DNA from: a virus
DNA: 64,000 bases
Strand: one strand, 5' to 3'
IMG/VR virus record: IMGVR_UViG_3300008267_000040
Span: 1 to 64,000 of that record
The stretch's first letter is position 1. Each line of letters opens with the position of its first letter. Positions 28,724-37,800 of the stretch are shown one piece after another. The position numbers were made by a program, and so were the translations under genes. The notes beneath the pieces were generated by a model. It searched no databases. It worked only from the letters and a program-made list of their open reading frames with translations, and was not told where the DNA came from.

Positions 28724-29884
28724 TCAAACTGTTTTCATTGTGTCCATAAATCCTAATGATTTTTTATTTCCATTAGATTTGATGCCATTCTCTTCTAGAA
28801 CTGCATCTATTGAATTAAGTGCTTTTTTTGTTTGCTCCGATGATGCTCCAGTAAGTTGAGGTGCTTGTTCCAACTTTGCGGGAGGCATACCACAAGATGC
28901 TTGTTGCTGTTCCATTGTTGGAAGAACAACAGAATCAGTCTTCTTTACATAATATCTATTCATCAATTTATCGACCGACTGAAGAATGACCGACTCAACT
29001 TTGTCATTCATTGCCATAATACCATCATTTGTTCTGCCACTTACTTCATCCATTGTAATACGAATTGGATCGTAGATTCTTAGACCTTCACCCATATCAA
29101 GAACTTCAAATTTATCACAATTTGGATAACTGATATTTTCTTTACAAGTTGCCCCAACTATAACTACAGCAGGAATATCCAAAGAATATGCCATATGCTG
29201 ACCAACAGAATCGCACCCAATGAAAAGATCTGACTCAGCAATAATACCTGCCCATTGTCTTAAGTCAATACCTCTTGGGCAAGCAACTGGATCTTTACAA
29301 CCTTCTTTCTGGAAGTCTAGTTCAACTTCCCCCATATAAATTACGGAATATTTCTTTTGTAGTTTTTTTATGATTGATACAACGTTAGTAAATTCAAAAC
29401 TTCTACCACTAGAATCAGTAATGAAATTGCCCATCACCTGAGTTCCACGTCCAAATGGTTGGAAGACTACAACTTTTTCTTTCTTTGTTTTTTGCTTAAC
29501 TTCCTCTACTACAAATTTACCATTAATCATTTCTTGTCTAGAAAGTTTAATGGTCGGTTTTTGAAGTTCTCGAACGCCTTTACCATTGATTTGAATATCA
29601 AAAGCCTGAGATAGATTACACTTTTGATTATAGTATTCCCAGATACGATATGGTTCTGTTGTAACGATGTCCATATCCTTCAGTTTATCTCTGAAGAGAT
29701 TTTTGTGCCAATGGTCGTAAACTTTTTGGAAAAGAGTTGGGTGTCCTTTGAAGAAATCTGTGCCTCCTTCGCAGACAATCAAAAAGTCTTTATCTGGGTT
29801 TTCTTCTTGGTATTTTTCAAATGCTGGTATCGAGCAAATCACTCTGCCTGCCCCACCATTTACAAAAAATGCTTTTGATCTCAT
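28724..29884 (-). CDS. Glycosyltransferase family 9 (heptosyltransferase-like, GT-B)
   Basis: N-terminal GGAGRVICSIPA (compare GT9 GIGD.....P); C-terminal DLRQWAGII..SDLFIGCDSVGQHMAYSLDIPAVVI (GT9 DSG..H.A signature). Confidence 0.8.
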   Translation of the reverse strand: MRSKAFFVNGGAGRVICSIPAFEKYQEENPDKDFLIVCEGGTDFFKGHPTLFQKVYDHWHKNLFRDKLKDMDIVTTEPYRIWEYYNQKCNLSQAFDIQINGKGVRELQKPTIKLSRQEMINGKFVVEEVKQKTKKEKVVVFQPFGRGTQVMGNFITDSSGRSFEFTNVVSIIKKLQKKYSVIYMGEVELDFQKEGCKDPVACPRGIDLRQWAGIIAESDLFIGCDSVGQHMAYSLDIPAVVIVGATCKENISYPNCDKFEVLDMGEGLRIYDPIRITMDEVSGRTNDGIMAMNDKVESVILQSVDKLMNRYYVKKTDSVVLPTMEQQQASCGMPPAKLEQAPQLTGASSEQTKKALNSIDAVLEENGIKSNGNKKSLGFMDTMKTV

Positions 29885-29927
29885 TTTATCGCCTCAAACA
29901 AATGATGATGTTTTAATTATACAATTT

Positions 29928-29936
29928 TATTTATTA
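29928..29936 (-). promoter_or_regulatory. Late promoter variant TAATAAATA upstream of the GT9/carbamoyl/heptose operon
   Basis: tatttatta on + strand, between the terminator and the GT9 start. Confidence 0.65.
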
Positions 29937-29939
29937 TAT

Positions 29940-29967
29940 AAAAAAAGGAGGGTTTTCCCCCTCCTTT
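29940..29967 (-). terminator. Rho-independent terminator after the Cys-rich/chaperone genes
   Basis: Minus strand reads AAAGGAGGG-GGAAAA-CCCTCC-TTTTTTT. Confidence 0.85.
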
Positions 29968-30000
29968 ATTCTAGCAGTTCAAAATTAAAACAGTCAATTA

Positions 30001-30879
30001 TTAGTTTTCTGATTCTTCTGTATTTTCTTCTTCTTCTGCTGAATCACTAATTTGTGGTGGTTCTATAGTCGAGATATCAATTTCTTTTCCGTCTCTATAC
30101 GGTTTACCATCAACATATTCAACTGGACCTTCTGGTTTTGGAGGTGCTTCTGTTCCTGTTTTGTTATCAATACCAAATGCATTTCCATTTGATGCACTCC
30201 AATTATCCAATCCCATTGGATTCGATGGGAATGGAACCATCCAAGGAGTATCTAAATAGTCTGCATATTTAACTGTAACATTATCAAGTGCAGTTAAATA
30301 TGCTGCCCATTTTGTCTTTTGTGTGGAAGTAAATCCAGTTGTTTCTACTTGTTTTTCTAGTTCTTTGATTGACTCTAAGGCATACAAAAGTTCTTCTTTT
30401 GTAATATGTGGTTTTTTCCATGGGAATGGTTTTTTCCATTCTTTAGTTTCGAAATCAAATTCAACCTCTCCCACTTCAATTGTTTTATTTGGATATGGTG
30501 GATTTGGTCTAGTATAAAATGGTTCTGTCTCTCCATCCAAAGTATACGTCTTATGTGGTACTTCGTCTATAGATGGACCTATTGAATTACCAACAACTGC
30601 TGCTAAAAGTAAGGGTTCTTCTTCTACGTCAATCAAGGCATAATCATATGCTAAACCAGAGAAAGTATCTGCAGCTGCGTCATTTTCTTCTCTAGTTCTA
30701 TCATCCTCATATAACATCCAACCCAACATGCTATTAATTTTTTTGGTATCTTTAAGTATCATAACATAAACTTTGTCTGGACCTTCATAAGTCCATTCAG
30801 CAGTCAAACCAAGTTTATTTGTTTGCAGCAAATAATCGTCTGGTATATTATATGTGAATTTTTTAGTCGTTTTTGCCAT
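30001..30879 (-). CDS. Acidic protein with a tail-fibre assembly chaperone-like C-terminal motif (292 aa)
   Basis: KWAAYLTALDNV...PWMVPFPSNP resembles the W..YRQALRD...WP..P chaperone motif; ATAAATA at 30905-30911. Confidence 0.55.
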   Translation of the reverse strand: MAKTTKKFTYNIPDDYLLQTNKLGLTAEWTYEGPDKVYVMILKDTKKINSMLGWMLYEDDRTREENDAAADTFSGLAYDYALIDVEEEPLLLAAVVGNSIGPSIDEVPHKTYTLDGETEPFYTRPNPPYPNKTIEVGEVEFDFETKEWKKPFPWKKPHITKEELLYALESIKELEKQVETTGFTSTQKTKWAAYLTALDNVTVKYADYLDTPWMVPFPSNPMGLDNWSASNGNAFGIDNKTGTEAPPKPEGPVEYVDGKPYRDGKEIDISTIEPPQISDSAEEEENTEESEN

Positions 30880-30921
30880 AATACTTAACCTTTCTCCTGT
30901 TTTTTATTTATTTAAATCTAA

Positions 30922-31881
30922 TTAAACATACCTTACGGTTACACGTACTGCACCTGCCCAACCAGGGTTTCCACAGCAGCAACCACCCGCACATACAGTT
31001 GCAGAAGCACCACCTAAACCAGGAACATAATTATGTTCAATATAACCACCAAAACCTAAATTACCTGCTGCCCATGTTTGATTCCAGTTTCCGCAAGTAG
31101 AATTTTCACATTGGTGTGATGAGACCCAACCACCTTTTTGGTTTACTAATCCTCCTGGATAAGCAATGTGGTACAAGTTCCAGCAACGGTTTTGGTGGCA
31201 GAACAGACCATAAGCACCAGGAAGACCAAATGCCCCACCATCCGCACCAAAATAACGAGCACAACATCCAACACACGAAGTATTAAGACCTACAATATTG
31301 TCAGTTCCACCAAATCCTTCAGAAGCACCTATTGCAGTTTTCCAATAACATTTCTTACCACAAAACTGAGTAATACAGAATGAGCAACCACCCCATCCAC
31401 CTTCAGCATAAAATCCAGTAAGTCCAGTTCCAGTTACTGTAGTGCATTCACCTCTTAAACCAGTAACATCAGGAACTTTACATGTTGGTGAACCAATTCT
31501 AAAGACATATGGTGTTCCAGATGCTACACCAACAACGGTTTTGAATGCATATGCACCAGCACCTCCAGGAATTCCGTAAGCACAGCAGCAAGCACCTGCT
31601 CCACCGCCACCAGCACCCCAAATTTCAAAGGTAATTGCAGTTGTACCTGCTCCAGGATATGAAGGAACTTTCCAGCAACAATATACAAAATTGTTAAAAC
31701 CCATCGTATAGTCACCTGCTGGTGCTTGACAACAAGTGGTTTCATAACTACCATCGGTATTACCGCACATGTGTGCCATGAAATAAGTTACTTGACCCTC
31801 TCTGAGTCTTCCAATACCACCTGAATGAATTCCTGTGAAATTTGGTTCTGCTGAACCCAACAGAGTTCTAAGATTTGCCAT
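30922..31881 (-). CDS. Cys/Gly-rich putative fibre-tip/adhesin protein, paralogue 3 (25 Cys in 319 aa)
   Basis: FEIWGAGGGGAGACCC...GGAGAYAFK, F.AEGG, YFGADGG and GAVRVT motifs; ATAAATA at 31904-31910. Confidence 0.75.
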   Translation of the reverse strand: MANLRTLLGSAEPNFTGIHSGGIGRLREGQVTYFMAHMCGNTDGSYETTCCQAPAGDYTMGFNNFVYCCWKVPSYPGAGTTAITFEIWGAGGGGAGACCCAYGIPGGAGAYAFKTVVGVASGTPYVFRIGSPTCKVPDVTGLRGECTTVTGTGLTGFYAEGGWGGCSFCITQFCGKKCYWKTAIGASEGFGGTDNIVGLNTSCVGCCARYFGADGGAFGLPGAYGLFCHQNRCWNLYHIAYPGGLVNQKGGWVSSHQCENSTCGNWNQTWAAGNLGFGGYIEHNYVPGLGGASATVCAGGCCCGNPGWAGAVRVTVRYV

Positions 31882-31906
31882 TTTTAATATTTCCTCTTAA
31901 AGGTAT

Positions 31907-32869
31907 TTATCTATAGGTGATTCTAATTAGACCAGCTGTTCCAGGTGCAGCAACGCAGCAACCACCAGCACATACAGTTACGGAGGGGTGACCTGCTCCT
32001 CTCATTCCCATACTACAGTTACCATTTCCAGGCCATTCACCCAACCAACATTGTGCTCTTTCATTGCAGCAAGCATTTCCTGGATTTCTATTAATAACAT
32101 ATCTTGTTTCTCTGTCACGGACTCCGCCTGGTTGAGGAATTCCAAGTCTTACAAAGCAATTATTTCCACAAATACAATCTACACGGAACCATCCCATTCT
32201 TCCAGGAACACCGAAATCTGCTCCATAAAAACAAGCACAATCACAAGCTCTGCAAGTACCAGGAACTGGATCTAGTGAATAGCAACCTAATGAGTTTCTT
32301 GGTGTTGTTCCAGTTGTTCCTCCAGGACCATATGTTCCAGTTATATTAGAACCATGGGCATCATGGTAAATGAAACAACATGTTCTGCCTGGCATTCCAC
32401 CTTCAGCACAGAAGTTAGTAAGTCCACATCCAGTAATCCATGTTTTGCATCCAGTACTACCTAAGCAGGCTGCTGAGCAAGTTGATGGTGGACTAAGGCA
32501 CCATAGATAACAAAGACCCCCTAAGGAATTTAGTCCCATGTCACTTGCACAAAGAGTCTTCATTGCATATGCACCAGAACCACTTGGAGTTCCTTGCATA
32601 CAGCAACATCCTCCTGCACCACCTCCTCCACCACCCCAAATGTGGAATTGGACGGTAGTTACTCCAGGATAGACACAAAATCCACCACACCACTGCCTGT
32701 AATTGGTATCACAGGGAGTAAGCCAACAGTGTCCACCAAAAAACATATCAAAACCCTCTACAAGAGTATTGCCCCATCCATTTCCCCATTGGGTGGAACG
32801 AAATCCGCACACTCTTTGTTGGAGTTCAACTTGATTTTCTGTATTTAATAATTCTCTTAATCTAGCCAT
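31907..32869 (-). CDS. Cys/Gly-rich putative fibre-tip/adhesin protein, paralogue 2 (33 Cys in 320 aa)
   Basis: FHIWGGGGGGAGGCCC...GSGAYAMK, NFCAEGG, FYGAD and GLIRITY motifs. Confidence 0.75.
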   Translation of the reverse strand: MARLRELLNTENQVELQQRVCGFRSTQWGNGWGNTLVEGFDMFFGGHCWLTPCDTNYRQWCGGFCVYPGVTTVQFHIWGGGGGGAGGCCCMQGTPSGSGAYAMKTLCASDMGLNSLGGLCYLWCLSPPSTCSAACLGSTGCKTWITGCGLTNFCAEGGMPGRTCCFIYHDAHGSNITGTYGPGGTTGTTPRNSLGCYSLDPVPGTCRACDCACFYGADFGVPGRMGWFRVDCICGNNCFVRLGIPQPGGVRDRETRYVINRNPGNACCNERAQCWLGEWPGNGNCSMGMRGAGHPSVTVCAGGCCVAAPGTAGLIRITYR

Positions 32870-32882
32870 TTAAAATCTCCTA

Positions 32883-34022
32883 TTAACCGTAAGTGATACG
32901 AACCATTCCAGAATGTCCTGGACCACCACAATAGCAGTTTCCACTTTCTGAAGAAGCTGATCTTCCACCCAACCCAACAATACCTTCTTCTGCACGTAGA
33001 GAACTATGTCCAAAGTAATCTGAGAATCTATATTGGGCACCATCTGCACCAGCAAGATTCATAGATGCATGTCTATATGGAAGATAACCACCTCTAGTAT
33101 TAATTAGTCCACCAGGGAATGGATGATACTGAAGAACCATACACCAGTCCATTGCTTGATTGCATGGTGAACCTAACAGTCCAGGAAGACCTCTTGCTCC
33201 ACCATCAGCACCATAGAATGGAGCACAATAAGCACATTGATTGGTGCATAGACCACCGTAGCAAGGATTGAGTCCATGACCATAATAAACTCTACGTCCA
33301 TTTGAACCGAATGTAGTTCCAGCACCAATTAAATCATATTGGAGTTCTGTTACGTCTTGATACTCAAGTGGATAATTTCCAATACCACCACCAGGAGTAA
33401 AGCAAGAATGTCCACAATTTCCCCAGTGAGGACCACAAGCTTCACACATGTGTCCACCATATGGCATTGCTTGGCTTTCATTACATGAGTGACAATAATC
33501 ACATATGCAATACATTTCAAAAGTGCTTTCTCTGTTCATGCAGTTTGAACAGAATGATGCACCACCAAAACCACCTTCCGCACAGAAGTTGTTCAATCCG
33601 CATCCAACTACAAATGACTTACATCCACGAGACCCCCACTGGACTGGTGTGCAGCAAGAAGCAGATGCAACACATATTTCGTATGGCTGTCCACCTAAAT
33701 CAAATCCAGTGCAAATACACTTAAAAGCATATGCACCAGATCCACCAGGAGTTCCCCACATGCAGCAACATGTACCAGGTCCTCCACCACCTCCACCCCA
33801 AATTTCGAACTTGATAAAGGTAGTTCCCGCTGGTGGTCTCCAAACATAGCATTCAAAATACCTAAATCTATTTACAGCGCAATGGGTTCTGAATTGTACT
33901 TGATGATACTCAGAACCAGGAAAACTAATAGGTGTTGATGGAACCGTACTAATTCCTGTTGTTTGGAATGACGCAATTTGTTGTTGGTCGGTATAACTAA
34001 TTAAATCTCTTAAATTTGCCAT
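32883..34022 (-). CDS. Cys/Gly-rich putative fibre-tip/adhesin protein, paralogue 1 (31 Cys in 379 aa)
   Basis: FEIWGGGGGGPGTCCC...GGSGAYAFK, NFCAEGG, FYGADGG and GMVRITY motifs. Confidence 0.75.
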   Translation of the reverse strand: MANLRDLISYTDQQQIASFQTTGISTVPSTPISFPGSEYHQVQFRTHCAVNRFRYFECYVWRPPAGTTFIKFEIWGGGGGGPGTCCCMWGTPGGSGAYAFKCICTGFDLGGQPYEICVASASCCTPVQWGSRGCKSFVVGCGLNNFCAEGGFGGASFCSNCMNRESTFEMYCICDYCHSCNESQAMPYGGHMCEACGPHWGNCGHSCFTPGGGIGNYPLEYQDVTELQYDLIGAGTTFGSNGRRVYYGHGLNPCYGGLCTNQCAYCAPFYGADGGARGLPGLLGSPCNQAMDWCMVLQYHPFPGGLINTRGGYLPYRHASMNLAGADGAQYRFSDYFGHSSLRAEEGIVGLGGRSASSESGNCYCGGPGHSGMVRITYG

Positions 34023-34053
34023 TTTATATCTCCCCTAATTTTTTTGGCAATTA

Positions 34054-34392
34054 TCATGCGTTCAGAAGAACCCATCCATATTGTGAGCCAGAATAAAGAA
34101 GATCTACAGCATTATTAGGAATATTTAATATTAGGGGCTCATTCAAGTTAGCAATTTTTGTAGTTGTTGTATTGACTCCTACAGTGCAGAAATTTGTTCT
34201 CCAGTTCCCTGTTGGGTCAACGATGGAAACTCTATCTCCAATATTTGCTGTATCAGCACTTGGAATATTAATTGTAATAGCAGTGCTTGTTGTATCAACA
34301 AGATAAGTTCTGCCAGATATTGCAGTAAATGGTGTAGTACTTACAGTTACAACTTCTGTCGTAAATGTTGGTGCAGAAATGAAACGTCCCAT
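34054..34392 (-). CDS. Small fibre-associated beta protein (112 aa)
   Basis: YLVDTT..AITINIP...GDRVSIVD..GNW; paralogous to the C-half of 38747..39196; GGAG RBS. Confidence 0.7.
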   Translation of the reverse strand: MGRFISAPTFTTEVVTVSTTPFTAISGRTYLVDTTSTAITINIPSADTANIGDRVSIVDPTGNWRTNFCTVGVNTTTTKIANLNEPLILNIPNNAVDLLYSGSQYGWVLLNA

Positions 34393-34422
34393 TGTTCTAA
34401 ATTACTCCTATATGGTTGTTAA

Positions 34423-34743
34423 TTAAAGTGTGGATTGCTCAACACCGTAAACGTTAACGCTTACATTGCTGGAATTAGAGAAAGCAATTACTCTTTTGCC
34501 AGCATCCAAAACTAATCCAGTTCTCTCCAGAACACCATTGGGTGCAATAAAAGAATTAAATTCAATAAATTCAGCATTTGTTGGTGTTGCGGTTGCTGCA
34601 ATTGCTACACGAACAGCAATGTCAGTAGCATTTCTATTTGCCACGTTAACATTAACGTATGCAAGTGTGTTAGTAGGAACAGTATAAACTGTTGTGAAAG
34701 TTGTAGAAGCAAGTGCTACTTGTCCTAGTACTCCAGATGCCAT
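34423..34743 (-). CDS. Small structural beta-sandwich protein (106 aa)
   Basis: Stand-alone copy of the domain duplicated in 21793..22869; GGAG RBS; TATAAATA at 34785-34792. Confidence 0.7.
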   Translation of the reverse strand: MASGVLGQVALASTTFTTVYTVPTNTLAYVNVNVANRNATDIAVRVAIAATATPTNAEFIEFNSFIAPNGVLERTGLVLDAGKRVIAFSNSSNVSVNVYGVEQSTL

Positions 34744-34784
34744 TTAAATCTCCCAATCTTTGTTTATTCAATCTTATATGCAAA

Positions 34785-34792
34785 TATTTATA
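34785..34792 (-). promoter_or_regulatory. Late promoter TATAAATA upstream of the 106-aa, 112-aa and Cys-rich genes
   Basis: tatttata at 34785-34792. Confidence 0.75.
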
Positions 34793-34803
34793 ATGCACAA
34801 CAA

Positions 34804-37800
34804 TCAAGAAGTTGCAACCCAATAAGTAAATGGTCTTGATTTAATAATTGTATTGTCAACGTATGCCTTCACTGCCGCTTGAGTGGAAACTTTTTCATTA
34901 CTATTTTGAGAGAGTGTAATATCAGTAGAGAATTCATTAATTTGAGCTCCCAACTGAGCACCGATAGAACCCAATCTCAATGAGGTTAGACCAGAAAGGT
35001 CGAACGCAGAAGCATTCAATGTTGCTGCACCAGTTGCCTGGTTAACACGGAAATACTTACCTACACGGAAGTTACCATTTTGGTCGGTGGATACGTAGTA
35101 AACACGACCAGGATAATCTTCTGTAACTTCTCTTGATGGGATTGGATCTACTGTTGGTACACCAGGCCAATTGGTTGTTGATGTTCCACCAGTACCAATC
35201 TGCAAGAAGTCATGACCAGTCAATCTAACTTGTGAATACAAGTATCTGATTCTAAATACTTGCTCATCGTAAGTTTTATTTGCTTTTTCTTCTGCGAGAA
35301 TCAATGTAGTTCTTCCTGTGGTATCGATACCAATAGAAGTAACTTTCATGAATTCACTATCAATCTTAATAAAGTTATCTGTACTAAAACCAGTTACATT
35401 ATTTACTCTCACGAAAGATTGTACAGGAGTCTGGTCCTTAATGATTTGAGTTCCAGAAATAGTATTTGCGACTCCAATTGCTCTGAATGATGTTCCATTT
35501 GAATAACCAGTTGCAATTCCTGCTCCTTCTTGTGCTCTCAATACAGTCATTGCAATGGATGAATCCAAACTCACAATCTTCATTAATTCATTTGTTGGTG
35601 TTAGCACAAATCCATTTTGGAAGAATCCTGCAGTTGAACTTACAACAATTTGAGTATCATTAGTACCAATTGGAGCCGCAACTGTTGCAATAACGTTTGT
35701 CCAAGGATAATTTCTAATATTATTATTAGTACCAAAATGCTTTGCTGCAGTTGTGGTGAGTTGTGCTCTATTTACACCAATATTTCCTCTGCCATCTGGA
35801 GCAACATAGCTTACGTTCTGGATAACATAGGTAAATGGATCTGCACCAGTAATTGTAGTTGCCGCAGTTCCAATAACACCACCGTTTCCACTACCAGTTA
35901 CGAACTCGACACTTCCACCTGTTTGAAGATTATTCTGAAGACCTCTTACAACAATAGTGAAACCACTTTGTCCAACGTTTGCATCAGTATTATTTGTTAA
36001 AAATGCTTGAGTTCCAGAAGTTTGTCCAGTAATCAGTTCGTTCTGTCTAAATCCAGAACCATTTGGTCCAGATGTAACTACACTATAATAAAGTGCGGCA
36101 ATAGAAGTCTGGACGGAGGTTAATTCCCCAACTGCTCCTGAAGTTGCACCAATAATTCTTTCTCCTTGAGTAAATCCAGGAGCAGTGATTGTTTCAACAT
36201 TATACTTTAATTGAAGACCTTCTACTGTTCCAGATAAGAATGATTCATCAGTGTTATATCCAGAGCTGACAATAGCATAGTTGCCCCATGAGCTGTTTCC
36301 TGCGAGAGAACGAATTCTTCCTCCACGAGTTGAACAGTAACTAACATGTGCATAATAAGTAAAGCAGGAAACCATTTCTGCTGCAGCATTATTGGTAATC
36401 CAGAATCCAACACCATTGTCATGGATATTTGTCCAAGAGTCAAAAACGATAGACTTATTAGATCTTTGTGGAGTATTATCGTATTGTTTGTGTACTTTTC
36501 CATCGACTACTGCTCCAACACCACCAGTTGAAAACGCAGAGCAGTTAGAAACGTATGGTGATTTTGTAATTGGTGAATTTGGATTCAGTTTTACAAATAC
36601 ACCACGAACTGTTGCATTATTTAAATCTCTATCACTAGCAGTAAATGTTATAGGTGTGGATGAAACTGTTTGTGCAGTATCTACTTCTACCTGTGTTGTA
36701 CTTAGATATGTTACTACTTTGGTTCCAACTGCAATTCCAGTTCCACTAATGACAGTTCCAACCAAATCTGGTTCCATTTCTGCGGTTGAATTGGTTAAAA
36801 TTGTCCCAGAAATTGAAGCAGTTGCAGTTTTGAGAACACCAGCAGGAACAAAACCAGTCATTCCGTCCATAACAATGTCCTTAAGCATAGTTCTGTCACT
36901 AAGCATAAACATTGTTGATTGAGCATTAGTCAAGGTAACTGCATTATCTACAGTAATATCAGAGGCGCCATTTTCCCAAGTATCAACACCTGATACCCAT
37001 ACACCACCAGTAAGTGGTTCAATTTCTACCTTTGTCTGTGAAAAGTTGAAATCTAAAATTCTAGCAGTTTTAGTTCCAGCACCATTAGCAATAGTTGCAC
37101 CATACTGCATAGCAGTTGATGGAGCAGAGTTTAAAGTTAAAACTTGATGATTTGAATTTCCTGCTGCTGGTACTATCTTTGTTGTTCTTAGGTTATCACC
37201 TACAATTGTTACATTGGGTGGAACTGTAATAGGAAGTTGCTCTTCATAAGTTCCTGCTTTTACATAAATTGTTGCTGGACCAGTTACGATTCCACATGCA
37301 TGTTTAATTGTGGCATATGCACGATTAATGTTCTTACCGTCATTGGAATCACTTCCTTCTTCTGCTACATAGAAAACTGGATAAGTTACATTATTTGTTT
37401 CCCAAACTGGCACTCCTGATGGAGAAACAGTTAATACTTTTCCATTAGTTCCAATTGGGAGAGATGCTGGACCTGCACCAGATTGGTAAATAATATCACC
37501 AGTTGCAGAAAGAACATTAGTTGCAGAACCCTGAGTTAATGGATTCCAATATGTGCCGAGAGAATCTGTGGCAGGGTCATTATTAAAGTTAGTTGATGCA
37601 ATACTAACATAACTGTTTGAATTTCTATAAATTGTGTCACCTTGTTGATATGTGGTGACTGATGACCATGCACCTTTCCACTCAAATCCCTTAACAATTA
37701 AATCCCACTTGTTAGGAACTTGAACTGGATTGCTGGTCATTCCAGCACCAACTTCTTCCTTAGCAACGTAAGAATAACCACCAAAACGAATTACTTCACC

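Noticed and set aside
22911-29884. Bacterial LPS island or chimeric contig
   Set aside because: The genes are compact and overlapping, carry a phage late promoter, resemble the flanks in composition, and show no mobility genes or junction repeats
33140-33560. c-type haem or radical-SAM motifs in the Cys-rich proteins (e.g. CDYCH, CxxxCxxC in LCTNQCAYC)
   Set aside because: Single occurrences expected by chance at 8-10% Cys; not conserved among the three paralogues; no export signal or radical-SAM domain
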